From sequence record PV159336: DNA of 64,000 bases; one strand, 5' to 3'. This DNA is from Escherichia phage W22. Of the stretch, positions 52,064-62,449 are shown in pieces (position 1 is the stretch's first letter; every line of letters starts with the position of its first letter). A program made the position numbers and the translations under genes. The notes under the pieces were generated by a model, which was not told where the DNA came from, searched no databases, and saw only the letters and a program-made list of their open reading frames with translations.

Positions 52064-53044
52064 ATGGCAAAGCCACAATACTACCCTGACTGGGCGACAC
52101 AAACAGTAACCCTCCCAGGAACGGGAAACACAAACAAGATTAGACCAAAAGAAACCATCCGTAATGTTGGTATGGACTTTGGTCAGATTATGACTTGTGA
52201 AGAAATGAACTGGATCTTAAACAATATTGGGTCTTGGATTCGCTATATGCAAGATGAATTCTTCCCAACATTGCCTACTACATATCTTCCTATAGTCGGT
52301 ACTAAAATTACAATGGCAGGTGATGCTACAGGTGAAGTTACATGGAATGGTAATGCTGCTGTAACATTATCTATTCAAGTCGTAGATAACAGCCATAATC
52401 ACTTATCAGCTAACATTACAGACGCAACATCAAACCAAGTTGTAGGGAATGTCCTTGTTAAACGTGATAATGGTGGTGCTATCTATGCAGGTGATATTTA
52501 CACTTGTGGTACAGGTGCTACAGATCCTGCAACATTATTTTTTAGAAACTATAATGGACAAACAGTAGGCAATATGTCTTCTGAACCAGGTGCAGGTGGT
52601 CAACTCTATATTTATAGAATAAATCCATCTACTGGAGGAACATCTTGTGGAGTTCGTTTGTATGATGCAGGTTATGTTTTAATAGACAACCCTCGCTCTA
52701 ATTCTGGTCAAGATACTGGCAATGGTAATGCTCTTGTAAGATTAGATTATCTTAACTCAAGACTAAACTCATTGCAAAGCACACTGCAAAATAACATTAA
52801 CAACGTTAATAGTAACTTGCAAGGCCAAATTAATAACATTAACAATAGAGTTTCTTCTGTTGTGTCTTCTATCCGTCTAGGTACACGTATTAAAGCTGGT
52901 GTATCTGAATCTCCTTTCTATGCTGGTCACGTGATCACAGGCTGGGGTTTTGGTGATAAGAAAGAACTTCGTGGTGCTTGGTATTGGTCTGCTCCGCTAC
53001 AATATTACATTAATGGTAGGTGGATAACAGTAACCAACGTTTAG
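52064..53044 (+). CDS. tail fibre protein
   Basis: 326 aa; Gly/Asn/Thr-rich with repeat NNINNVNSNLQGQINNINN. Confidence 0.45.
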   Translation: MAKPQYYPDWATQTVTLPGTGNTNKIRPKETIRNVGMDFGQIMTCEEMNWILNNIGSWIRYMQDEFFPTLPTTYLPIVGTKITMAGDATGEVTWNGNAAVTLSIQVVDNSHNHLSANITDATSNQVVGNVLVKRDNGGAIYAGDIYTCGTGATDPATLFFRNYNGQTVGNMSSEPGAGGQLYIYRINPSTGGTSCGVRLYDAGYVLIDNPRSNSGQDTGNGNALVRLDYLNSRLNSLQSTLQNNINNVNSNLQGQINNINNRVSSVVSSIRLGTRIKAGVSESPFYAGHVITGWGFGDKKELRGAWYWSAPLQYYINGRWITVTNV

Positions 53045-53056
53045 TAAGGAGAACAC

Positions 53057-53608
53057 ATGAAAAAAGATGTTATTTACACTGGCTTTGAACTATATCAACC
53101 AGAATTGACAGAAGAAAATGTCATGTATCTTTCAATAGGTGCTGGTTTTCTTAAAGATAAAGATGGTAATGATTGGTACGAAATTCAGAAATATTTATCC
53201 AAAAATTACCCTGATGCCTATTTCTTAACTCTAGATCACAACAATGTAGTTGTTGCAGTTACGAAAGATGTTTCTACATATTTTCCTGCTGGTCTTACTG
53301 TTCTTGTAACGTATAATGTTCCAGATAAAATAGAAGAAGAAAGCAATCTAGGATCGTGGAAATATGATAATGGTAAGTTTATTTCTTATAATGGGTTTGC
53401 AATAGAAGATGCCAACCTTAAAATGGAAAAAGAATTAACTTGGGCCACAAATCAAATATCTGCAATGCAAGATTTAGAGGAATTACAAGGTTTATCTGAA
53501 GAACAAAAAGATTGGTTAGGAAAAGTTAAACTATATCGTGCAACACTGATTCAAATTAACGTTGAAGATGCACCTAATATAACTTGGCCTACAAGACCTA
53601 AGAAATAG
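53057..53608 (+). CDS. tail fibre assembly protein (chaperone)
   Basis: 183 aa directly downstream of the fibre gene. Confidence 0.4.
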   Translation: MKKDVIYTGFELYQPELTEENVMYLSIGAGFLKDKDGNDWYEIQKYLSKNYPDAYFLTLDHNNVVVAVTKDVSTYFPAGLTVLVTYNVPDKIEEESNLGSWKYDNGKFISYNGFAIEDANLKMEKELTWATNQISAMQDLEELQGLSEEQKDWLGKVKLYRATLIQINVEDAPNITWPTRPKK

Positions 53609-53617
53609 GGGTAATGT

Positions 53618-53959
53618 ATGGAGCTAACAGAAGTATGGGATATCGCTAAAGAGGCGATTATCCCTCTTATTGGTGTAATCTGGGTGGTCTTCAAACAGAA
53701 GATAGATGATATGGCAAGTGATTTGGATAAAATGGAAGACAAATACCGTGAACTAGAAAAGAAGTTGGTGTTTGTTGAATCCACTTATGCTACCAAAGCA
53801 GAACTTGCTCAAATGCTTAACCAGATCAACTCTACATTAATGGCAAATAATACTGCCTTAGAACAGAAGATTGAAAAAATAATGGATTTAAAAAATGCTC
53901 CTGTTCAATTAATGCTAGAGGAGATTACGAAGCGCACACAAAGTAAGGACAAAAATTAA
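53618..53959 (+). CDS. small protein with N-terminal TM helix and coiled coil
   Basis: 113 aa; AIIPLIGVIWVVF then a helical Lys/Glu-rich region. Confidence 0.35.
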   Translation: MELTEVWDIAKEAIIPLIGVIWVVFKQKIDDMASDLDKMEDKYRELEKKLVFVESTYATKAELAQMLNQINSTLMANNTALEQKIEKIMDLKNAPVQLMLEEITKRTQSKDKN

Positions 53960-56373
53960 TGGCGAATTTTCCAACATATCCTGCTACGACACTAGAACAA
54001 GGTGTTGATCTGGTTATATTCTCGTCTAACCAGATGCATGATGTTATTAACGGGGATGCTACAGCAACTGTAGAAACCGAAACAGGTTTAATACCTACAC
54101 TGCGTAAAGCACTTGTTGATAACTTCTTCTTTAAGAGTCCTGTTGCTTGGTCAGCAGGATCAACTGAAACTGTATTTAACCAGTTACGTTATTTTGAAAA
54201 CGGTATCTTGAGTGGGTACTACTATGCCCCATCTGCCACTACTGCGAACCCTGTACCTATGCAGGGTACACCTGTAGGAGACAGTAACTGGACTCTGTAC
54301 GCTCTTAAAACTGAACAGTTAGCTTCAGATGTGTATCCTTGGTATTTTAAAGGTGCTACAGGATATGAAACAGAAATCAGTCCTCCTTATATCTTTGATA
54401 ATGCTATTGTCACCATTAACGGTGTAATTCAGATTCAAGGTGAAGCATTTACTATCAAAGATAGTAAAATTATTCTGGCAGAACCATTAGGTTTAGATCC
54501 GTCTACTGGGCTACCTAACAAATTGTTTGCTTTTATTGGTAAAACAACAGCCTCTACTTCTTACGTAGAGAAAAACCTTTTGTCATCTACCACTGGTGCA
54601 GCAATGGTTGGTCTTCCATCTGGAGGCAACCTGTTACAAGCTCAATACTTTGTAACGCCTGAACAGTTTGGTGCAATTGGTGATGGAGTTACCGATGATA
54701 CTCAAGCAATTTTAAAAACCATTACTTTCGCTAACACGAATAACATTCAAGTACGTGCAGATAAGAATTATAGATTCACAAGCTCAATTGCTATGTCTGG
54801 TATTCGTTGGTATGGTGGTACATTCACTGGTAACGGTGGAACAATGATTTCTACTGTGTCCTGTTGGATTGAAAACGTTCGCTTTGAAAAATGTTATGTT
54901 AAGATGTTAGGTGGGGATTGCCGATTCTATCGTAATATCTTCTCCAACGCAACATCTACAGCAGCATTCTTAATGCAAGCGATGACAAGTGAAGGTACGT
55001 TGGACTTCAGTTACAACGAAATGTATGGTTGTAAATATGCGATCCTGCAACAAGGTACTGGAGAAGTAATGACCTATGGGCGTTACTCTAACAACTACAT
55101 TCACGATATCAAAGGTGATGCTATTGAACTTAACGTAGTTCAAAAACACTACACTGAAGGTTTGATCATCGAGAATAACCACATTGCTAACGTAGATGCT
55201 TCTGGACAAGGGGCAAACTGGGGTATTGGTATTGGTGTAGCAGGTAGTGGCCCATATGGTGTTGATGCTCCTGATTCACAATATGTACGTAACTTCAGTA
55301 TCGTTGGGAATAGGGTTTACAATTGCCGTCAATGTTTACACGTTGAAATGGGTAAAAACTTTACGATACGTGATAATGAAGTTTATCCTAACACAGCAGT
55401 TTCAACAGGTACAGGTTTAACTACTTGTGGTGTTGCATTATACGGATGCCAAGACTTTGAAGTTGATGGTTTAACTGGTTATCTGCTTAATGATCCGTCT
55501 GTTTCAACACGCATGGTCTTTATTGACTGGGGTGTTAACAGTGGAAGATATGCGGGGCCACCAATTAACTTTACAATTAAGAATTTGGATATTCCAGAAT
55601 CTTCAATTGAAATTGCAACGGCTGGATCAGATGCCTGGGAAAACTCTACAATTGTTAGTAACATCAATTGTAATGTTTTTAAATGGCGTGGACTACCATC
55701 TAGCTCTACCTTTAATAATATTCGTTGCCGTAGTATTGACTTTATTGGTCAACACGGAAGCGGAGAAGGAAGTGGTGGCGGTTTCTATACTCGCAGCCAA
55801 TTCACTTATATGAAGTGGGTAGGATGTACAGCACTTAGCGGAGATGAAACAACAGTTTCTTTTGCTAAAATCTACACGGATCGTTGCGATCAGGTTGGAA
55901 ATAACTTTGGTGTTCCAACTGCTGTTGATGGTACAGGTCATCGTGGGCCAGTCTTAACCACTATTTCTGAACAATATTTTACAGATTATGATGAATTCCC
56001 AGGTGGGCGTGACTTCCCTACTGGAACAGTTATTCATTGTGCAAGCGGTAAAAAACACGTTGTTACAGTAGGTGGTGCTTTCTTTAGTAATAATGAGAAA
56101 ATAAAAGCAACTGTTACAGGTCAAACCTATCTACAGTCTAATGCTTTAAACTGGGCTAGTAATGGCTACGCTAAAGCGGCAGGTACTAAGATTGTTATTC
56201 CAGGTGCAGGAGCAAATGGTGGCGATCTTGTGACAACTATAGCACGTGCTACGTATGTGACAAATAGTTTGTACACAATAGATATTGCAGATCCAATTGT
56301 AACACCTACAGCAGAGAATACACAAATTAAAGCTCTGAACCCTGTTACTTTTGTTACTGTCAATAATGCTTAA
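53959..56373 (+). CDS. tailspike protein with right-handed beta-helix (pectate-lyase-like) domain
   Basis: 804 aa; repeated NN.I.N / G.G.G motifs (NNYIHDIKGDAIELN, NNHIANVDASGQGANWGIGIG) typical of parallel beta-helix depolymerases. Confidence 0.5.
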   Translation: MANFPTYPATTLEQGVDLVIFSSNQMHDVINGDATATVETETGLIPTLRKALVDNFFFKSPVAWSAGSTETVFNQLRYFENGILSGYYYAPSATTANPVPMQGTPVGDSNWTLYALKTEQLASDVYPWYFKGATGYETEISPPYIFDNAIVTINGVIQIQGEAFTIKDSKIILAEPLGLDPSTGLPNKLFAFIGKTTASTSYVEKNLLSSTTGAAMVGLPSGGNLLQAQYFVTPEQFGAIGDGVTDDTQAILKTITFANTNNIQVRADKNYRFTSSIAMSGIRWYGGTFTGNGGTMISTVSCWIENVRFEKCYVKMLGGDCRFYRNIFSNATSTAAFLMQAMTSEGTLDFSYNEMYGCKYAILQQGTGEVMTYGRYSNNYIHDIKGDAIELNVVQKHYTEGLIIENNHIANVDASGQGANWGIGIGVAGSGPYGVDAPDSQYVRNFSIVGNRVYNCRQCLHVEMGKNFTIRDNEVYPNTAVSTGTGLTTCGVALYGCQDFEVDGLTGYLLNDPSVSTRMVFIDWGVNSGRYAGPPINFTIKNLDIPESSIEIATAGSDAWENSTIVSNINCNVFKWRGLPSSSTFNNIRCRSIDFIGQHGSGEGSGGGFYTRSQFTYMKWVGCTALSGDETTVSFAKIYTDRCDQVGNNFGVPTAVDGTGHRGPVLTTISEQYFTDYDEFPGGRDFPTGTVIHCASGKKHVVTVGGAFFSNNEKIKATVTGQTYLQSNALNWASNGYAKAAGTKIVIPGAGANGGDLVTTIARATYVTNSLYTIDIADPIVTPTAENTQIKALNPVTFVTVNNA

Positions 56374-56400
56374 TTAAAAGGGGCGAAAGCCCCTTTATAA
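56374..56400 (+). terminator. hairpin terminator
   Basis: AAAAGGGGCGAAAGCCCCTTT. Confidence 0.5.
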
Positions 56401-56413
56401 AAGGAGTAGTAAA

Positions 56414-58375
56414 GTGATTTTAACACGTCCAAATAGTGCCATTGCAGACATGGTAGAGTCTCGCTATAGAAAGCGTAGAAGTTTTGCAAGTGGTTTTACC
56501 TTAAGAGATGCTCGTGAAGCATTGCTCTTTGAAGCTGACGGTAACTACTATCAGTGGAAAGGCTCTCTACCTAAAGTTGTACCTGCTAACTCTACTCCTA
56601 CATCTACTGGAGGGATTTCAGATACAGCTTGGAAAAATGTGGGTAATGCAGATGACATTGCTCAAATAGAATCAGAATTAGATGCTATTGAAGCTGAAAT
56701 TGAAGATCTTAGAGAATCCATCCCAGAAGCTGGTAAATCAGCTTACCAGATTGCCGTAGACAATGGTTTCCAAGGTACTGAGACACAGTGGTTGGCTTCT
56801 TTAAAAGGTGATCCAGGTGCTCCATTAAAGCTATTAGGGACACTATCTAATACCAACCAATTACCTACAAGTGGAAACAATGCAGGGGATGCATGGATTG
56901 TAGGCGAGAATATGTATGCTTGGGATGGTACTGCTTGGAGAAAAGTAAACTCACAGGGGCCAGAAGGTAAATCTGCTTATGAAGTATGGCTTGCAGCAGG
57001 AAATGAAGGTACAGAACTAGATTATCTTGCTTCAATTAAAGGTGATAAAGGGGAGCCTGGCCCAGAGGGGCCACAAGGTGTGCCAGGTAATAATGCTAAT
57101 GGTTTTGATTACCAAGGCGCAGCTAATTCCGTTTCAGATCTTCCTTCTGCATCTCATGGAAACACATCTCAAGCATGGAGTGTTGGTACATATCTATACG
57201 TGTCAAACGGTGTAGAATGGATCAATATGGGTGCTATAGTGGGGCCAAAAGGAGATAAAGGCGACAAAGGTGATAAGGGTAACACTGGTGATTCAGCTTA
57301 TCAAGTCTGGTTAAATGCTGGTAACGTTGGTACTATTGATGAATATATTGCCTCTCTGAAAGGAGAAAAAGGTGATAAGGGAGACAAGGGTGATCAAGGT
57401 GCACAGGGTATACAAGGCTTGACGGGGCCAACTGGTGCAGGGTTGACCATTATTGACATTCTTACTAGCACTTCTGAACTACCACAAACTGGAGAAGAGG
57501 GTGATGGTTATCTAATCAATAATGAACTTTGGGTCTGGTTGCAAGGAGCCACAGAGTGGACAAATGTTGGTCGTTTAGCTGGTACTCCAATCACTGCAAA
57601 AGGACACGTTGCGTCTGCAAGTGCACTTCCTCCTACAGCTAATTACGGTGATGCTTATCTGACGGAAGATACAGGTCATCTTTACATTTACACCTATGAT
57701 GAACAAACTCAAACTGCTGAATATGTAGATATGGGTAGTTTGAAAGGTGATAAGGGTGAAAAAGGTGACGCTGGTACTAACGGTACAGACGGTGCAACTT
57801 GGATTGTTAAAACAACAGATCCAATCTCTAGTGATGGTAAACAAGGTGATTATGCCTTTAATATCTCCACTGGCGAGGTGTTCTTAAAAACATCTGCAAC
57901 TGTCTGGACTTCTCAAGGTACACTACCTAGTATCACAGATGCACCTAGTGATGGTAAGACTTATGCTCGTAAAGATGGGGCATGGGAAGAACTCACTAAT
58001 TCTGTAGATGGTCAAGATATAGTTCCAACAAAAGTAACAACTAATTTTATAGAGGTTACAGCATATACCAACAATTCTGTTACAGGCGACTGGACACCTC
58101 CAGGAACACATAACATGAATGTGTTGAATCTTACTGGTAACTCTACTATAAAAGCATGGCCTGGTGTCGAAGATAGCACAAAACCTAAACCATTCTCTGC
58201 AATAGTTTATCTTATCCAAGATGCCACTGGAGGTCATACTGTTACTTTAGATCCATCTTACAAAGTAATTGGTTCTAGTGATATTAATACAGATCCTAAC
58301 GGAGTAACAATACTACAACTAACATATTGTGGTGTTGGCGATTACGTGGATGCTATTGTTGCTAAACGCACATAA
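56414..58375 (+). CDS. tail fibre protein with collagen-like Gly-X-Y repeats
   Basis: 653 aa; GDKGEPGPEGPQGVPG, GPKGDKGDKGDKGNTGDS, GEKGDKGDKGDQGAQGIQGLTGPTGAG. Confidence 0.55.
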   Translation: MILTRPNSAIADMVESRYRKRRSFASGFTLRDAREALLFEADGNYYQWKGSLPKVVPANSTPTSTGGISDTAWKNVGNADDIAQIESELDAIEAEIEDLRESIPEAGKSAYQIAVDNGFQGTETQWLASLKGDPGAPLKLLGTLSNTNQLPTSGNNAGDAWIVGENMYAWDGTAWRKVNSQGPEGKSAYEVWLAAGNEGTELDYLASIKGDKGEPGPEGPQGVPGNNANGFDYQGAANSVSDLPSASHGNTSQAWSVGTYLYVSNGVEWINMGAIVGPKGDKGDKGDKGNTGDSAYQVWLNAGNVGTIDEYIASLKGEKGDKGDKGDQGAQGIQGLTGPTGAGLTIIDILTSTSELPQTGEEGDGYLINNELWVWLQGATEWTNVGRLAGTPITAKGHVASASALPPTANYGDAYLTEDTGHLYIYTYDEQTQTAEYVDMGSLKGDKGEKGDAGTNGTDGATWIVKTTDPISSDGKQGDYAFNISTGEVFLKTSATVWTSQGTLPSITDAPSDGKTYARKDGAWEELTNSVDGQDIVPTKVTTNFIEVTAYTNNSVTGDWTPPGTHNMNVLNLTGNSTIKAWPGVEDSTKPKPFSAIVYLIQDATGGHTVTLDPSYKVIGSSDINTDPNGVTILQLTYCGVGDYVDAIVAKRT

Positions 58376-58400
58376 TCAAAGCCCCTTCGGGGGCTTATTA
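58376..58400 (+). terminator. hairpin terminator
   Basis: AAAGCCCC-TTCG-GGGGCTT. Confidence 0.5.
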
Positions 58401-58414
58401 TTTAAGGAGATTAA

Positions 58415-61234
58415 ATGTATCCTATTCCTTTATTTATGTCAACAACATCAGCTTCAGTAGTAACAGCTACATCTATAACCACTTCCTCTATTGGTATTGC
58501 AATAGTTGGTAGTAAAAAGCAACTGACATACACAGTTTCACCGGAAGATGGTGCGTTATTTGATATAGCTTTTTCATCTTCAGATAATACCAAAATGGTT
58601 ATAGATAATAACGGTATGATGGAGTTTGTTGCTGAAGGCGGTTTTGATGCAATAATGACAGCTAAAAATAATTTAGGTGCTGTCTTAACTGATCAGTCTG
58701 GTGGCTATGCTTCAGAATTAAGTGTGTACACTGAAAGTCTGTCTGCTATGGATGCAGGAACTACTCAACAATTGGTTGCTACAATCAGTCCAGAAGGTGC
58801 TAAAGACCTTCCAGACATGGTAATTACGTACACCACAACAGATCCAGAAGTAGCTACTGTAAGCCCTACAGGATTAATAACTGCTCTTAAAGATGGCAGT
58901 TGCCGTATAGGTTGCACTGCAACTTATCAAGGAACAGTGGTGGCCTCTGATAGTTCTTATTTAGGTGTTAATGCTGTTCCTGTTATTTCTAATGTAACAG
59001 CCGTGGCAAACAGCTATGGAGACATTCGTGTTGCTTGGGATGTAGCTGATCCGCTAGATGGTGATACTTATACTGTAGAAGTATTAGATTTAAGTAATAA
59101 CAGTGTCCAGTGGACTACAACAACCACGAATACTTACGCCTACTTTGATATCTCTGACTCTATTCCTCTTTATGGGTTTGCTCCAACATACCTTAAAATT
59201 AGCGTTAAGAGCACCAAAGCAGCAGCCGTTATCTTTAATAACTCAATAGCTACAGATGATTCATTCATTAAAGAAGTTATTGTCTTTGCTGGACAAGATA
59301 ACGTAAATGCACACTTTACAGAACTATCTGGTGCAAATAAAGCAGCAATGAGTAGCACAACAGCCCGTAATGCATATGCTACGCAACGTGGTTTAGCAAA
59401 TGCTGAAGTTCTCCCGTTAAATACAGCTTCTGGATCATCAGCAGCAGATAAATATGCAGATGATAAAGCCGGAACAGGTACACCAGACAACTACTGGTAT
59501 GATCTGGATAACACAGCAGATGGGCCATGCTTAACTAACTTTATCACTAAAGTCACACCTTATGCAAGTAAGGTTAAAGCAATTATTTGGGGACAAGGTG
59601 AAAATGATGCTGTATCAGCATCTTCGACTGTTGCAGGAAGATACAGTAACACTACACGTTACCATGATGCTACGATAGCTATCTTTGATAAGATGCGTAC
59701 AATAGTTCCTGCTTCTCAAGCAAAAATTGTTTGGCAGATCCTAGGACGTTCTTATCTGTATGGTGTAGAAGTTAATGGTGTGGATTGGCAGAAATACAGA
59801 AATGTACAAAGAACCATCTCTACAGCACGTGACGATGTTATCATTGGTTCTTGGGTAGATGGTGCTGAACGTTACAGTGGTTATGTTTATGAAGAAGGTA
59901 TTGATGGTCGTATCCATTATATTTCTTCTGTATACCAGACAGCAGCTACAAAACTTGCTAAATCAGCAGCAGACGGTACAGACCTAACATCAACGTCACC
60001 TGTTTGGGTTGATATGGCTGTTCCAACTGGAGCAACAGCTACTTCCCAACCTAATCAAGATACAATCTTAGCATGGGATGCTCAAGGTTATAGTAAACAC
60101 TACTTCCGTAATATTAACGTCTTAACAGCATCTGTATTAACTGAACAAACGCTTAATACGAACAGTTATACGTTTACCTATGCAGATCAAGTAGAACAAT
60201 ATGGTTTTGCAGCAGGTACTACGATATTTGATGTTGCATATTATGACGAAGCAAATGATGTGTTATCTCCTTTAGTACGTTTTAATGTTAGCGTTACAGC
60301 AGGAAAAGTAGAAGATAAACCTGTCGTGATGGACTATGATTTGACGCAAGAAACTCTCCCATCAGATGTTAAGGTTAATGGTGGAAACTCTTTTGCTCGT
60401 GCTTCTGGAGATACACTTGTAGCCACTAACACCTTGGTTGCTCCGTTGGAGTATGTTGGCACTACCCCTGTAGGTAGACGTGTAACAGCTAACACAGCTA
60501 CACAAATTTTTGTCAACAACGCCTTAACAAGCGCAAGCCCGTGGGTAAAGACCAACTTAACTGTTGCAGCTTCATCTGATAAATCTCCGGCTGGAACTAC
60601 TGCTAATGTATTCAAATTAACTCCGACTACAACCTCTGGTAGTCATATCTTAACTGCAACATATACTAACGCGTACAACATATCTGCCGGACGTAACTGG
60701 TCTGCCTCTGTTTTCTTGAAAGCGAACGGGATTACTAAGGCCAAACTAAGATTAAAAGCAGGGACTGAAGTTAATGAAGGTACTTTTGATTTAGCAGCAG
60801 GTACATTCACAGGAAGTGAAGCTAATATTATATCTATGGGCAACGGTTGGTATCGTGCTATTCTGCATAAAACAGGGATAGCCAAACAGTCCTCCATAAG
60901 TTTTGAAATAATTGCCTTGGATGCTACTGGTGCGGAGATTTTCGCTGGGGATGGTACTAGTAACCTTGCAGTTTGGTTGCCACAGCTTGAAGGTGCTTCT
61001 ACAGGAGAAACATCAAAAGCTGGATCGCCTTATGTCTGCACATATCCTGGAAATTTAGGAGGAGTATCCTTCACTATACCAAGGAACGGACATACTGGTG
61101 TGGATGTTTACTATTCCAACGGAGACGTTGTTCGTGACGTATTCTCTGGTACGGCATCTACTTGGACAATAAACTACTCCAGCTTGTACGATTGGGGATC
61201 AGTCTTTATTACAGGTTTGAAATATTACGACTAA
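58415..61234 (+). CDS. large tail fibre / side-tail protein with Ig-like region and putative SGNH-type esterase domain
   Basis: 939 aa; Ser/Thr-rich beta-rich N-terminal region; central VIVFAGQDN...IIWGQGENDA resembles SGNH/carbohydrate-esterase catalytic blocks. Confidence 0.45.
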   Translation: MYPIPLFMSTTSASVVTATSITTSSIGIAIVGSKKQLTYTVSPEDGALFDIAFSSSDNTKMVIDNNGMMEFVAEGGFDAIMTAKNNLGAVLTDQSGGYASELSVYTESLSAMDAGTTQQLVATISPEGAKDLPDMVITYTTTDPEVATVSPTGLITALKDGSCRIGCTATYQGTVVASDSSYLGVNAVPVISNVTAVANSYGDIRVAWDVADPLDGDTYTVEVLDLSNNSVQWTTTTTNTYAYFDISDSIPLYGFAPTYLKISVKSTKAAAVIFNNSIATDDSFIKEVIVFAGQDNVNAHFTELSGANKAAMSSTTARNAYATQRGLANAEVLPLNTASGSSAADKYADDKAGTGTPDNYWYDLDNTADGPCLTNFITKVTPYASKVKAIIWGQGENDAVSASSTVAGRYSNTTRYHDATIAIFDKMRTIVPASQAKIVWQILGRSYLYGVEVNGVDWQKYRNVQRTISTARDDVIIGSWVDGAERYSGYVYEEGIDGRIHYISSVYQTAATKLAKSAADGTDLTSTSPVWVDMAVPTGATATSQPNQDTILAWDAQGYSKHYFRNINVLTASVLTEQTLNTNSYTFTYADQVEQYGFAAGTTIFDVAYYDEANDVLSPLVRFNVSVTAGKVEDKPVVMDYDLTQETLPSDVKVNGGNSFARASGDTLVATNTLVAPLEYVGTTPVGRRVTANTATQIFVNNALTSASPWVKTNLTVAASSDKSPAGTTANVFKLTPTTTSGSHILTATYTNAYNISAGRNWSASVFLKANGITKAKLRLKAGTEVNEGTFDLAAGTFTGSEANIISMGNGWYRAILHKTGIAKQSSISFEIIALDATGAEIFAGDGTSNLAVWLPQLEGASTGETSKAGSPYVCTYPGNLGGVSFTIPRNGHTGVDVYYSNGDVVRDVFSGTASTWTINYSSLYDWGSVFITGLKYYD

Positions 61235-61235
61235 T

Positions 61236-61266
61236 AAAAAAGGAGCCATTAGGCTCCTTTTCTTTT
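61236..61266. terminator. bidirectional hairpin terminator at the convergence of plus and minus gene blocks
   Basis: AAAAAGGAGCC-ATTA-GGCTCCTTTTCTTTT with A/T tracts on both sides. Confidence 0.6.
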
Positions 61267-61269
61267 ATC

Positions 61270-61701
61270 TTAATCAGTGAAAATTACGCTCACATCTTCT
61301 TTAGAGAAGAGTTTATGATCTTCGCCTTTTGTCTCAAGAGTTTCATACAGGTTAAGAAGTTCTGAAACATCTTTCTCTACCAGTTTCTTCAATGTTGCAA
61401 TTTTCTGTTTGCGACTCTTAATACGTTCAGCTACAACCTTACGTTGGTATCCAGCAGTACGATAACCTGAGAAAGTTACACCAGTAAGACTTGCAGTTAC
61501 AGGATCGTAGTGACGTTCAATCTGAAATTTATTAAAAGGTACAGCGTCATCACGAATAATCTTACCGCCATTACTTACTTGACGAAGACCAGTAACTTGT
61601 TCCAGTCGTGCCATAGAAATCTTTGGAGACAGACCAGAGTCCAAATTCATACCGTTGTTAATCAGTGCTTTCAGGGTGATTTTGCTGTTCATTGTACTCA
61701 T
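61270..61701 (-). CDS. hypothetical protein (143 aa)
   Basis: ORF track; overlaps the methyltransferase 3' end. Confidence 0.4.
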   Translation of the reverse strand: MSTMNSKITLKALINNGMNLDSGLSPKISMARLEQVTGLRQVSNGGKIIRDDAVPFNKFQIERHYDPVTASLTGVTFSGYRTAGYQRKVVAERIKSRKQKIATLKKLVEKDVSELLNLYETLETKGEDHKLFSKEDVSVIFTD

Positions 61702-62389
61702 TTAGTCGTTCCTCCGCTTGCTTAAAAATATTTACATCGGCTTCACAGCCTAAGTATTCTCTACCTGTTAAAAGTGCCGCAACTTGTGTTGTTGCACTTC
61801 CAGAGAAGAAGTCTAAGACTACATCTCCTTCGTTGGTATGTATATTAATAAGGTCACAAAACAAAGTCAAGTGTTTTTGTGTTGGATGAAAACGATCTGC
61901 TCCTTGATAGATAGGATACTCAAACACACCCTTATGGTAGGAAGCATTGAAGGTTGGCTTCGAACCTTTAACACAAACAATAGCCATCTCTTTAGCGTTA
62001 CTAAGGTAGTTAACACCACTGTTGATGGGTACAGGGTTTGTTTTAATCCATTCAATAGTACGGAACATACGAAAACCAAGCGGTTCAAGGATTTCACGTA
62101 GCTCCTGGATCTTCCAGATATCATACCAAACTATGCAAGTACCACCTTTTCTAAGCACCCTATAGGCTTCTTTGAATACTTCTTTAAAGTAAGGAATATC
62201 TACAACGTCCCAGTCACCAAAGTTGTAAGATACACGGAATCTATCCGTATCTTTTCCAGTAGGCTCTCCAGATTGAAAATTTGTGTCACGAGAAATAGCA
62301 TATGGTGGGTCAGTAAGAATCAAATCTACACTATTGCTTTCGAGGGTTTGCAGGTAGTTTAATGCAGTGTTGTTTACAAATTCGCTCAT
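61658..62389 (-). CDS. DNA N6-adenine methyltransferase (amino-MTase, DPPY motif)
   Basis: 243 aa; motif IV DLILTDPPYAIS near N-terminus and AdoMet motif VLDFFSGSATT near C-terminus (beta-class order). Confidence 0.7.
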   Translation of the reverse strand: MSEFVNNTALNYLQTLESNSVDLILTDPPYAISRDTNFQSGEPTGKDTDRFRVSYNFGDWDVVDIPYFKEVFKEAYRVLRKGGTCIVWYDIWKIQELREILEPLGFRMFRTIEWIKTNPVPINSGVNYLSNAKEMAIVCVKGSKPTFNASYHKGVFEYPIYQGADRFHPTQKHLTLFCDLINIHTNEGDVVLDFFSGSATTQVAALLTGREYLGCEADVNIFKQAEERLNEYNEQQNHPESTD

Positions 62390-62394
62390 TATAT

Positions 62395-62430
62395 CTCCTT
62401 CAAAGAAAAGGAGCCGTTAGGCTCCTTATA
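62395..62430 (-). terminator. hairpin terminator downstream of the SSB-like gene
   Basis: AAAGGAGCC-GTTA-GGCTCCTT hairpin. Confidence 0.45.
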
Positions 62431-62449
62431 TTCACACAATATTTAACTA

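Noticed and set aside
57240-57440. Short direct repeats (GGTGATAAGGG, AAAGGTGA) considered as a possible CRISPR-like or tandem-repeat locus
   Set aside because: They are in-frame codons for Gly-Asp-Lys collagen-like triplets within a tail fibre CDS; no spacer-repeat periodicity
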